The notes: generated by a model from the letters alone, not told the origin. DNA of 32,000 nucleotides from Pelosinus sp. IPA-1 (GCF_030269905.1 NZ_BSVC01000003.1:397356-429355); one strand, 5' to 3'. Positions 7,670-15,563 are shown, numbered from the stretch's first letter. A program made the numbers and translations.

Positions 7670-8821
7670 GTGATTTTTTTGAAGCGTTTATGGTTGATGG
7701 TAATGGTTTTATTTCTAGCGTTAGGAAATAGCAGTGTTGGATTGGCAGAGTGGGCCGGAGTTGAGTTACCTGCTGTGACTGGACCTTATGGAGTAGGCAC
7801 AGTGGTTCTACCTATGGTTGATTCGGGTCGACCTGGCGTGTATGCCGATGGAACTTCTTCTAAGCATCGGGAATTTATGACCCAGATCTGGTATCCAGCA
7901 AATAAAGGTGTAGATGGGCCCAAGAGTACATATATGGATGAGGCTACTGCCGAGTATATGCTAAAAGGAGTCAGTATTCCAGGAGTGGATAAAAACATCC
8001 GCTTTCAGATTAAGACCTATGGGGTAATTGGTGCACAAGCCGCTGCTGGTAATGAACGATTTCCAGTGTTAATTTTCTCACCAGGGTGGGGGATGAACTA
8101 CTCTGTATATCAAAGTATTTTGGAAGATCTTGCTTCCCATGGATACATTGTGGTGGGAGTTAACTCTCCTAATAGTGCAGGCATCACCGTGTTTCCAGAT
8201 GGGCATTATCATGTGATGCCGACTATCAATGAAAAAGAAGAGGAGGAGTACCTATCCAACCATTTTCAAGAAATAACAGATGATCTACGGTTTGTAGTCA
8301 AGCGGTTGCCATTGATTGATAGTAATCCTAGCTTGCCACTGGCTGGAAGAATCGACTTCGGGCGTGTGGGGGCTCTTGGTCACTCTTATGGTGGTGCAGC
8401 GGCTGTTGAGGCTGGCATTGAAAGCTTATGGTTGGGTGCAGTTGTCAATTTGGATGGTTCTCTTTGGGGAGAAGATTATAAAAAAGCTATTTCTAAGCCG
8501 ATGATGATGGTCTGTTCTGACCGAGAAGACGTCACAATGCAAACAATATGGGCAAATCTGCCTAAGCGAAGTTATCAAGTTTGGGTTAAAGGAATGGATC
8601 ATATGAGTTTTAGTGATTTAATGTTGATAACCAAGGCAATGGGACAATCGTTGGCGACTAACCCGAATCCTATTGATCCATTACGGGGGATTCAGATTAG
8701 TCGCGACTTGGTGCGAACTTTCTTTGATACAAATCTTAAACATGCCAATTCGAATCAGATGGATAAGATAAGCAGGGAATATCAGGAAGTAAAGATTGAA
8801 GAAAAGCATGCAGGCAGATAG
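7670..8821 (+). CDS. Secreted alpha/beta hydrolase, PAF-acetylhydrolase / lipase-like family (copy B, intact)
   Basis: Signal peptide (M)KRLWLMVMVLFLALGNSSVGLA. Oxyanion-region block RFPVLIFSPGWGMNYSVYQSILEDLASHGYIVVGVNSP resembles the PAF-AH block YPLxVFSHGLG...LASHGFIV. Nucleophile elbow GHSYGG, candidate Asp in NLDGSLWG, candidate His in GMDHMSFSD. The start may be TTG 7679 (RBS aggtga 5 nt upstream) rather than GTG 7670. Confidence 0.85.
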   Translation: MIFLKRLWLMVMVLFLALGNSSVGLAEWAGVELPAVTGPYGVGTVVLPMVDSGRPGVYADGTSSKHREFMTQIWYPANKGVDGPKSTYMDEATAEYMLKGVSIPGVDKNIRFQIKTYGVIGAQAAAGNERFPVLIFSPGWGMNYSVYQSILEDLASHGYIVVGVNSPNSAGITVFPDGHYHVMPTINEKEEEEYLSNHFQEITDDLRFVVKRLPLIDSNPSLPLAGRIDFGRVGALGHSYGGAAAVEAGIESLWLGAVVNLDGSLWGEDYKKAISKPMMMVCSDREDVTMQTIWANLPKRSYQVWVKGMDHMSFSDLMLITKAMGQSLATNPNPIDPLRGIQISRDLVRTFFDTNLKHANSNQMDKISREYQEVKIEEKHAGR

Positions 8822-8861
8822 TAAAATTTGATCTGTAATATTTTACAAAGGCGGAATAAAC

Positions 8862-9230
8862 ATGAAATGTAAGAAGAGTATTATGTTGATAGCGGTTTTA
8901 ATGATTTTATCGATAAGCAGTGCCATGGCTGCCCCTAATTTTGTTTTATTGTATTCTAAAGGCGATGTAAGTGCTTACCTTGATCAAGAAAGCGTAACAT
9001 ATGATGGCACTATTATTGATAGTTGGCTAAAATTAAATATGAATAAGAAGTCCTATGTATTTAATTATTTATTTAACACTAAGACTAAGCAAATGAAAGC
9101 TGTAAAGCAAAGAACATATGATAGTAACAATAATCTGGTTAAAGAAGAGAATATAAATCAAGAATGGGAAAATATTGATAAGGATAACATGATTCTTTAT
9201 GATAAATTGCTAGAAAAAGTAAAAAAATAA
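8862..9230 (+). CDS. Small secreted hypothetical protein (122 aa)
   Basis: RBS aaaggcgg is followed by an ATG. The signal peptide is MKCKKSIMLIAVLMILSISSAMA|AP. The mature part is Asn/Lys-rich. The gene is visibly more AT-rich than the flanking hydrolase copies. Confidence 0.6.
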   Translation: MKCKKSIMLIAVLMILSISSAMAAPNFVLLYSKGDVSAYLDQESVTYDGTIIDSWLKLNMNKKSYVFNYLFNTKTKQMKAVKQRTYDSNNNLVKEENINQEWENIDKDNMILYDKLLEKVKK

Positions 9231-9346
9231 TTTATTTCAGTAAAAATTTAAAAGAAATTTGTGATGTGAGACTTTTTTAAAAGGGTTACCTAAGGGTAAC
9301 CCTTCTGACTTTCGTAATTAGTTTGGGGAGTAAAACTACAGGAAGG

Positions 9347-9656
9347 GTGAATTTTTTGAAGCGTTTATAGTTATTATTTTCTTCTTAACTTTAGAAAATA
9401 CCAGAGTTGGACTGGCACAGTAGGCTGGGGTTGAATTGCCTGCCGTGACTGGGATTATATGCTGGTAGTGAAATCAATAGGGCTATCGGAAGTAGATGAT
9501 AATCCTAATTCCACTGATCCGACTCGTGCGATTCAAATTAGTAGGGACTCTGTGCGAAGCTTCTTTGACGTGAATCTTAAACATGCCGATTCGAACCAGA
9601 TGAATAGGATAGGCAGGGAATATCAGGAAGTTAAGCTTGAAGAAAAACGTAACTAA
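9347..9656 (+). pseudogene. Internally deleted hydrolase remnant (copy C): N-terminal about 35 codons fused to C-terminal about 65 codons
   Basis: 9347-9452 aligns to the signal-peptide region of copies A and B but contains in-frame stops (tatag, cagtagg). 9453-9656 aligns to the last about 200 nt of copies B and D (DPTRAIQISRDSVRSFFDVNLKHADSNQM). About 0.83 kb of the central part, including the catalytic motifs, is missing. Confidence 0.8.
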
Positions 9657-9692
9657 TTTTAGAGAGCAAAAGATATAGGAAAGGTAGATTTT

Positions 9693-10847
9693 TTGATGAA
9701 TGTGGGTTTTATATTTGATTCTGTTTTTGGGACGTTAGATAATCGCAGTGTTGGGCTGGCGCAGTGGGGTGGGTGTGCCTTGCCTGCTATGACAGGACCT
9801 TATGGAGTAGGTACAGTAGTTTTACCGATGGTTGATTCGGGACGTTCTGGAGCTTATGCTGATGGGGGTTCTTCTAAATATAGGGAATTTATGACACAGA
9901 TATGGTATCCGGCGAATCGGGGAGTGGGTGGACCTAAAAGCATATACCTAGATGAGCCTACTGCCAAGTACATACTAAAGGGGACGAGTATTCCGGAATT
10001 AGATGAAATATTCCGGTTCCTAATTAAGACTCATGCAGTGGTTGGCGCGAAAATGGTGACTGACTGTGAGCGGTTTCCAGTGCTAATCTTCTCGCCAGGA
10101 TGGCGAACGAGTTACTTTATATATCAAAGTGTTTTGGAGGAGCTTGCTTCTCACGGATATATCGTAATTGGGGTGAACTCCCCCAATAGCGCGTTGATCA
10201 CGTCTTTCCCAAACGGACATTTTCGTGTGACGCCAGATATTCAAGATGAAAGCGTTAAAGAGAAATATAATCAGGAAGTAGTAGATGATTTAAAGTTTGT
10301 AGTCAAGCAGTTGATGCTACTTGACAGTAATAAACAATTGCCGTTGGGCGGACGAATCGACTTCGGGCGTGTTGGCTGTTTTGGACATTCTTTTGGTGGT
10401 GTAGCGGCGGTTCTGGCCGGTAGCCAAAGCCTACTGGTGGACGCGGTTGCAAACTTTGACGGTTCACTTCGGGGAGAAGGTTATAAAAAAGTTGTTTTTA
10501 AACCGATGCTGATGGTCTGGTCTGAGTTACATCACCAGGAGGATATCACCATGGAAACGATCTGGGGGAACCGTTTTCAAGGTAGTTATCAGATGGAGGT
10601 GAAAGGAACCGATCATATGAGCTTTAGTGATTACATGCTGATAGGGCAATCTATGTTGGGATATTCATTATCGGGAACTCCTGATCCCATTGATCCGACT
10701 CGGGCGATTCAGATTACTCGAGATTGTGTGCGAACCTTCTTTGATGCTAAGCTTAAACATGCTAATCCGAATGAGATGGATAGGATAGCTAGCAAATATG
10801 GGGAGGTTAAGGTTGAAAAAAGCATATTGGAAAAAAGTGCGATGTGA
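9693..10847 (+). CDS. Alpha/beta hydrolase, PAF-acetylhydrolase / lipase-like (copy D, catalytic motifs intact, N-terminal signal peptide degraded)
   Basis: It is collinear with copy B along its full length. It retains RFPVLIFSPGW, GHSFGG, NFDGSLRG and GTDHMSFSD. The N-terminus MNVGFIFDSVFGTLDNRS has no basic n-region and carries Asp residues in the hydrophobic core. The likely start is ATG 9696. Confidence 0.8.
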   Translation: MMNVGFIFDSVFGTLDNRSVGLAQWGGCALPAMTGPYGVGTVVLPMVDSGRSGAYADGGSSKYREFMTQIWYPANRGVGGPKSIYLDEPTAKYILKGTSIPELDEIFRFLIKTHAVVGAKMVTDCERFPVLIFSPGWRTSYFIYQSVLEELASHGYIVIGVNSPNSALITSFPNGHFRVTPDIQDESVKEKYNQEVVDDLKFVVKQLMLLDSNKQLPLGGRIDFGRVGCFGHSFGGVAAVLAGSQSLLVDAVANFDGSLRGEGYKKVVFKPMLMVWSELHHQEDITMETIWGNRFQGSYQMEVKGTDHMSFSDYMLIGQSMLGYSLSGTPDPIDPTRAIQITRDCVRTFFDAKLKHANPNEMDRIASKYGEVKVEKSILEKSAM

Positions 10848-11097
10848 TGCTGCCAATCCTAAAATAATAAAAAAGATTGCTGTTACTGGACTTATTTGAT
10901 GATATATATAGTTCTATTACAAAACTATAAAATATGTGAACGATTAGCTTATGTAGATCGTATAAGTAGAGGATGGATGGCTTTGGTGGAATTGTTAGCA
11001 CTAGTTACTGCAAAATAGAAGGTAGGGAGGATAGGAAACCGTTTTGAATTCATTACCATCTATCTATACTATATACGAGCTTATGGAGGGCATGAAA

Positions 11098-11715
11098 ATG
11101 AAAAAAATATCTGTATTGACATTAGTAGCTACTTTATCTTTTACTGCAAGTGTGTTTGCGGAACCGCCAGTAACCGAGTTTAACAATGGTAGTGGGAGTA
11201 TTGGTTTTTCGCAATGTAATTATAATGGCGAATTTGCTGGAAAAGGCAAAGAAAAAAATAAGGCAAAAGAATTTTACGGATCTTATGTATTAAGTGATAA
11301 TCTGGCATTTACTGCAGATATTATGAATTCTGGTACAAAAAATATTACGGGTGTGGGAGATACTTCTTATCGGTTTAATAAAATAGGAGTTCAATATAAA
11401 ATGACTGATAATATCTCTTTTTTGGTAGGGAATCTAAACAGAAATGTCGCTGTTAAAGGTGTCGATGATAGGAAAAACAGTTTATATGCGGGAGCTTCTG
11501 TCGGTCAAAGACTCAGTGACAATATGAGTGCATATGCAAGTTATGTATTTGCCTCGAAGTATTCTGATTACAATCTAGGTATAACTTATGATATTACTAA
11601 AAATATTTATTTTGATGTAGGATACCGGAACATAAAGGCAAAAAATACAGGAGCATCCGTAAATAGAGATTTTACAGCCAAAGGAATTAATTGGTCAGTT
11701 GGATATAAAATATAG
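11098..11715 (+). CDS. Small outer-membrane beta-barrel protein (OmpW/OMP_b-brl-like)
   Basis: RBS ggaggg lies 7 nt before ATG 11098. Signal peptide MKKISVLTLVATLSFTASVFA|EP. Amphipathic beta-strand segments alternate (IGVQYKMTDNISFLVG, MSAYASYVFA, YNLGITYDITKNIYFDVGYRN, GINWSVGYKI). The 11044 start in the ORF track is probably an upstream extension. Confidence 0.7.
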   Translation: MKKISVLTLVATLSFTASVFAEPPVTEFNNGSGSIGFSQCNYNGEFAGKGKEKNKAKEFYGSYVLSDNLAFTADIMNSGTKNITGVGDTSYRFNKIGVQYKMTDNISFLVGNLNRNVAVKGVDDRKNSLYAGASVGQRLSDNMSAYASYVFASKYSDYNLGITYDITKNIYFDVGYRNIKAKNTGASVNRDFTAKGINWSVGYKI

Positions 11716-11746
11716 CCGCTAGTTTCTATATCTTGATATACATAAT

Positions 11747-11795
11747 AAAAGCTGTTATTTTACGTGAGTGCATTACGTAAAATAACAGCTTTTTT
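11747..11795. terminator. Bidirectional rho-independent terminator between convergent genes
   Basis: Perfect 15-bp stem: gctgttattttacgt (11751-11765) pairs with acgtaaaataacagc (11775-11789). An A-run lies on one side and a T-run on the other. Confidence 0.8.
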
Positions 11796-11811
11796 AGCAT
11801 AGTTAGCCGTT

Positions 11812-12780
11812 TTATATAAAATTTTTAATGGACATCAGACTTTCTTCTATAAGATATGGCTTTAATGCCTCTCTAACATCTGCATCAATTGAATCAAGCA
11901 TGGCAAATCTTTTTCTATAGAGATTGCGTTTATGTGAAACTACTTCTTCTAGACTTTTCCGAAGCTCAATGAGTGGTAGAGTGAAGAAACGTGAGTCGCT
12001 ACATACTTCTCCTTGTGTTTCTTTCCAAAAATTATCCAACGATGTCTTGAGCCTTCGCTTAGAAGAAATGTGATGACTGGCCTGAAAACCATGATTAGAT
12101 ACTGCATAAATTAGTTCAAGTTGTAGCTGCTGAGCGATGGTACGCAAAACATAAATCATAAGGTTTTTCGGCCGATAACCGAAAAAGTGCTTTGTCAAAT
12201 CACGGTTGGTTTGTAAATCTCCTTTTGAGCCTTGAAAAGCACCAATCCATAGTGCCTTTTGTCCCTTTATGTCTGAGGCGATCCAGAAAGTTACCAAATA
12301 AATTTTCTTTCCTCCCATAGTAAGTGTAACCGTCATTAAACCTTCTTTTCGATGACTGCGATTAAAATGCAGTATTAGTGAAAGAGTATCGTGTTTATAT
12401 TCCTGACTCCACAGTGGAATGCCTTCCCCAAAATAGATGTGCTGCAATGCCTCTTTGGAGAATTTGCTTTCAAAAAACAGGAAACATTCTTTTAACAAGG
12501 CTATTCTTTCCTGCATGGTAGAGTCATAATAAAACCATCGACGTACCGCTTGCTCAAGGATACATGTATTCGTATTTACAATATCCCGCCTTAGTGAATT
12601 TGTCATAAAAAAATCTAATAGTTCTGCTATCAGTTTATGATTGGCCAATGACTGGATGATAAAAACCAATCTACGACAATAATTTAAATGGAATGCAAAT
12701 GCTGATGAAGTACCCCAGCCTCTTCGATGTTGAATAAAAAAACTCAATTTATGTCCAAAGTCTATATATTTATGTAACAT
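11812..12780 (-). CDS. VirK/YbjX family protein (DUF535)
   Basis: Blocks resemble enterobacterial YbjX/VirK as I recall them: LWIGAFQGSKGD...TKHFFGYRPKNLMIYVLRTIAQ...IYAVSNHGF, then FW...G......FFTLPL and a C-terminal KRNLYRKRFAMLDSI. The preferred start is ATG 12780, with RBS aggaga 4 nt upstream. Confidence 0.75.
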   Translation of the reverse strand: MLHKYIDFGHKLSFFIQHRRGWGTSSAFAFHLNYCRRLVFIIQSLANHKLIAELLDFFMTNSLRRDIVNTNTCILEQAVRRWFYYDSTMQERIALLKECFLFFESKFSKEALQHIYFGEGIPLWSQEYKHDTLSLILHFNRSHRKEGLMTVTLTMGGKKIYLVTFWIASDIKGQKALWIGAFQGSKGDLQTNRDLTKHFFGYRPKNLMIYVLRTIAQQLQLELIYAVSNHGFQASHHISSKRRLKTSLDNFWKETQGEVCSDSRFFTLPLIELRKSLEEVVSHKRNLYRKRFAMLDSIDADVREALKPYLIEESLMSIKNFI

Positions 12781-12829
12781 AGGTTCTCCTTCTAATAAAA
12801 TTAAAAAATCTAGCAAAATATAAGTGCTC

Positions 12830-13744
12830 TTAATTGCAATTGGACTTCTCTAGAGAAGTGGCTACTTCTGAAGCAGAGTCTATCTTATTTATCGGTTGTG
12901 TCTTCCAACGGTTATGAAGCCAGAACCACTCACTAGGATATTTGCGAATTTGTTGTTCGATTATGGAAGTAAGTTGTTGCGTAATCTGAATAATGTCTTT
13001 TTCACGGTCGGCCGTCTTCAGCGGGCTGATAGGCTTATAAAGGCTTATCATAGGTATTCCGGCTTCAGTTTCCGATATCATTATAGGCACGATAGGTGCA
13101 TTGTTCATCCGGGAAAGTACTGCTGCCCCTTTTGCCGTTGACGAGGGGCGCCCCAGGAAATCGACAAAAATACCATCGCGGTGAGCATCTTGATCCATAA
13201 ATATGGAGATCGCTTTTCCTTGATTTAAAAGACGTAGGACTTTGCGAACGTTAGTTTTATACGTTACGTGAATTCCTGCACATGTTCGATACTTATTAAG
13301 TATTTGATCTCCAAAGGAATTGGTTTGTTTTTGTACCACAGCCACTAACGGGATTCCACTAATAGCCAATGCTGCACCTGCTATTTCCCAATTACCGAAA
13401 TGCGCTGTTGCCAAAATGACCCCGCGGTCATGTGAAAGCGCTTCTATCAAATTTTCTTTACCGCAAATAGTTACGTAAGAAGTGATATTTTCTTTATTTA
13501 GCCTTGGTATCAATAACATTTCCATGAACATCTTACCGAATCGTTTTGTACTGAGATATGCAATTTGCAAGGCTTCTTTCTCATTTAGTGCTAGAGCGTC
13601 CATAATATTTTTTACGGCCATTTTTTTGCGATACTTTGGTAAAATGGTCCAAAACAGTTTTCCCAACAGGAGCCCGACACCTATGAATAGTTGTCGTGGC
13701 AATGACATAACGATAAAGGCAATAACTGTTATAATTCTTACCAT
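12830..13744 (-). CDS. Lipid A biosynthesis late (lauroyl/myristoyl) acyltransferase, LpxL/HtrB/MsbB family
   Basis: N-terminal membrane anchor. Catalytic HX4(D/E)-type motif in ATAHFGNWEIAG. Downstream FMDQDA block and C-terminal P.EWFW.HNRWK, all typical of the family. The preferred start is ATG 13744, with RBS agggggg upstream. It lies 49 nt upstream of the VirK-like gene, so the two probably form an operon. Confidence 0.8.
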   Translation of the reverse strand: MVRIITVIAFIVMSLPRQLFIGVGLLLGKLFWTILPKYRKKMAVKNIMDALALNEKEALQIAYLSTKRFGKMFMEMLLIPRLNKENITSYVTICGKENLIEALSHDRGVILATAHFGNWEIAGAALAISGIPLVAVVQKQTNSFGDQILNKYRTCAGIHVTYKTNVRKVLRLLNQGKAISIFMDQDAHRDGIFVDFLGRPSSTAKGAAVLSRMNNAPIVPIMISETEAGIPMISLYKPISPLKTADREKDIIQITQQLTSIIEQQIRKYPSEWFWLHNRWKTQPINKIDSASEVATSLEKSNCN

Positions 13745-13821
13745 AAAATAATCCCCCCTAATTGATAAATATACTGGTGATATAGCCAATAATTATATTA
13801 CGATTCCTATAGACATAGAGT

Positions 13822-13855
13822 TCACTAATTCATCTTACTGCAGGGGAATTAGTGA
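13822..13855 (-). promoter_or_regulatory. 10-bp perfect inverted repeat in the leader of the LpxL-like gene
   Basis: tcactaattc (13822-13831) and gaattagtga (13846-13855) are separated by 14 nt, about 80-110 nt upstream of the start codon. The function is unknown. Confidence 0.3.
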
Positions 13856-13906
13856 TTGGATGCACATGGCGATTGTTTTCTTGAATCGGTGTGACAATTG
13901 TAAATG

Positions 13907-13956
13907 AAAAAAAGGAAGTAGCGCAGTGATGCTACTTCCTTTTTAAAAAGTTTTTT
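13907..13956. terminator. Hairpin with flanking A/T runs (bidirectional terminator-like)
   Basis: ggaagtagc (13914-13922) pairs with gctacttcc (13931-13939). It is preceded by an A-run and followed by tttttaaaaagtttttt. Confidence 0.55.
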
Positions 13957-14008
13957 AAGCGTCCGATAATAATTAATACGACGACTTTCTGTTGACTCAA
14001 TCAGTTAT

Positions 14009-14065
14009 TTACATAAGAAAAGGAAGTTGCACTTAGAAGGGGTGCAGCTTCCTTTTCTTATGTAA
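14009..14065. repeat. Long (24-bp stem) hairpin downstream of the GNAT-cNMP gene
   Basis: ttacataagaaaaggaagttgcac (14009-14032) pairs with gtgcagcttccttttcttatgtaa (14042-14065) with one mismatch or wobble. Its core aaaaggaagtNgc resembles the hairpin at 13907-13956. Confidence 0.55.
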
Positions 14066-14151
14066 TCCCCGATTCCCTACTAAGTGGGATCACCTGTAAT
14101 TAATATATATAATTACCCTCTTTTATATAAATGGTGGTAATGTATGTAATT

Positions 14152-15312
14152 TTAACCCCGAATATGATATTTATCTTTTTTATCATGAGTTATACCAATC
14201 AAGTTGTGCAAAACCTTATTGGCAATCTCTGGACAAGAACGACGGAGTTTCTGAAAAGAATAAAGAGATAATACCAATATCTCCGCATCAGTGATTGCTG
14301 TAATATTCAATATATGCTTAGTACGGTTCATTAAACCAATTTCGCCCAAATGTTGACCTTGCAAAATATTATTTATGCTAGAGGACTGTAATTTTCCTGA
14401 CAGCAGAATATTGAGTTCATTACACGAATCACCACAAGTCACAATAGGATCTCCAGCATAACACCGAATAATAACGCCACAAAGGTGCAAAAACTTCTTT
14501 GCTTCTCTTTCGGAAAGTCCGCGTAGTACAGGTATAACTTTATTTGGCGATCGTTCTAAACGCTGGTTCAAGCAAGCCCATAATTCCTCTTCGGTAACTA
14601 GTCGACTATTTATAACGTTTGTAGCTTCGGGAAATTCAGAACGGAACCAGTCGATAACTTGATTGTTTGACTCTCTTCTTTGGCTAGCTATGTGAAATAA
14701 AGGAGAATCTACTGCTCGCAAATGATCAATGTCATCTACTAACAAAACAAAGGGGATCTGCAAGCCGTAATCTGTATTGGTCCAATTTCGTGTATAACGA
14801 CGGTATCCATAATGTTCGTGAAACGGGATTAAATGAAAATTACAGTCGCCAAAGCTGAACTGTACTTTTTTATCACAATATAGTTCATAACTTTTTTCTT
14901 CTAACAAATTATGGGCTCCAGAACGACGGTAGGGCGATGAGACCATACCTCTTGAGTTATATGCAAAAATTGGATTACCCATATCATAAAATTTTTGAAA
15001 CCTATCTAAAGAAAACTCTTGAACTAATTTTGAAGGAAAATCAGCAAACTGTCCTATATTTATTCTCAAAGTTCCGATAAGCTCTGCTCCAGCTTTGGCA
15101 TAGAACAGCAAGCCCCATTCGTCTAGCTCATCACATAAGAGTTTATTGCTATGATTAATAGAAATAAGAGGATGAGATATTTCTTCCGCATAAATGTGAT
15201 AGCGTAAACGATATATTTCCATTTTTTCCTCTGAGGTTGTGGCAATACCGATTGTTATTGGCTTTTCTAAGGTATCTTTTGCGTAAAATGGTTTTGGGAG
15301 GGTATTATTCAT
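14152..15312 (-). CDS. N-acyl amino acid synthase-like GNAT acyltransferase (FeeM/OlsB-like) fused to a C-terminal cyclic-nucleotide-binding domain
   Basis: The N-terminal about 230 aa read EEKMEIYRLRYHIYAEE...CDELDEWGLLFYAKAGAELIGTLRI...SRGMVSSPYRRSGAHNLL...HLIPFHEHYGYRRY. The C-terminal about 120 aa show a cNMP-binding fold pattern: LRGLSEREAKKFL...RCYAGDPIVTCGDSCNELNILLSGKL......GQHLGEIGLMNRT...ITAITDAEILVLSLYSFQKL. The preferred start is ATG 15312, with RBS aaggagag upstream. Confidence 0.7.
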   Translation of the reverse strand: MNNTLPKPFYAKDTLEKPITIGIATTSEEKMEIYRLRYHIYAEEISHPLISINHSNKLLCDELDEWGLLFYAKAGAELIGTLRINIGQFADFPSKLVQEFSLDRFQKFYDMGNPIFAYNSRGMVSSPYRRSGAHNLLEEKSYELYCDKKVQFSFGDCNFHLIPFHEHYGYRRYTRNWTNTDYGLQIPFVLLVDDIDHLRAVDSPLFHIASQRRESNNQVIDWFRSEFPEATNVINSRLVTEEELWACLNQRLERSPNKVIPVLRGLSEREAKKFLHLCGVIIRCYAGDPIVTCGDSCNELNILLSGKLQSSSINNILQGQHLGEIGLMNRTKHILNITAITDAEILVLSLYSFQKLRRSCPEIANKVLHNLIGITHDKKDKYHIRG

Positions 15313-15434
15313 AAAGTAATCTCTCCTTATCATGCGAGTAAACATAAATATTGATAGAAACACTAATTCGTTTTAGCAATACAAATAATGACACGTTTCG
15401 ATATCTAATTTATAATTATTCCATTTTTAGATAA

Positions 15435-15476
15435 AGAACCCTTTTTCTCAAGGTTATAATTGAGAAAAAGGGTTCT
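15435..15476 (-). terminator. Hairpin downstream of the histidine kinase gene
   Basis: Perfect 17-bp stem: agaaccctttttctcaa (15435-15451) pairs with ttgagaaaaagggttct (15460-15476). The trailing T-run on the minus strand is weak. Confidence 0.55.
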
Positions 15477-15563
15477 TACGTAATCAAAAAAGCCTATCAT
15501 TTATGGTTCCAAGCAAACTAAGGATTTTACCTGTGCTGATGAACAGCATAAGTAAGCTTTTCC

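Noticed and set aside
9459-9656. The 65-aa ORF as a genuine small gene.
   Set aside because: It is the C-terminal tail of a hydrolase paralogue left after an internal deletion of about 0.83 kb. The upstream N-terminal remnant carries stop codons.
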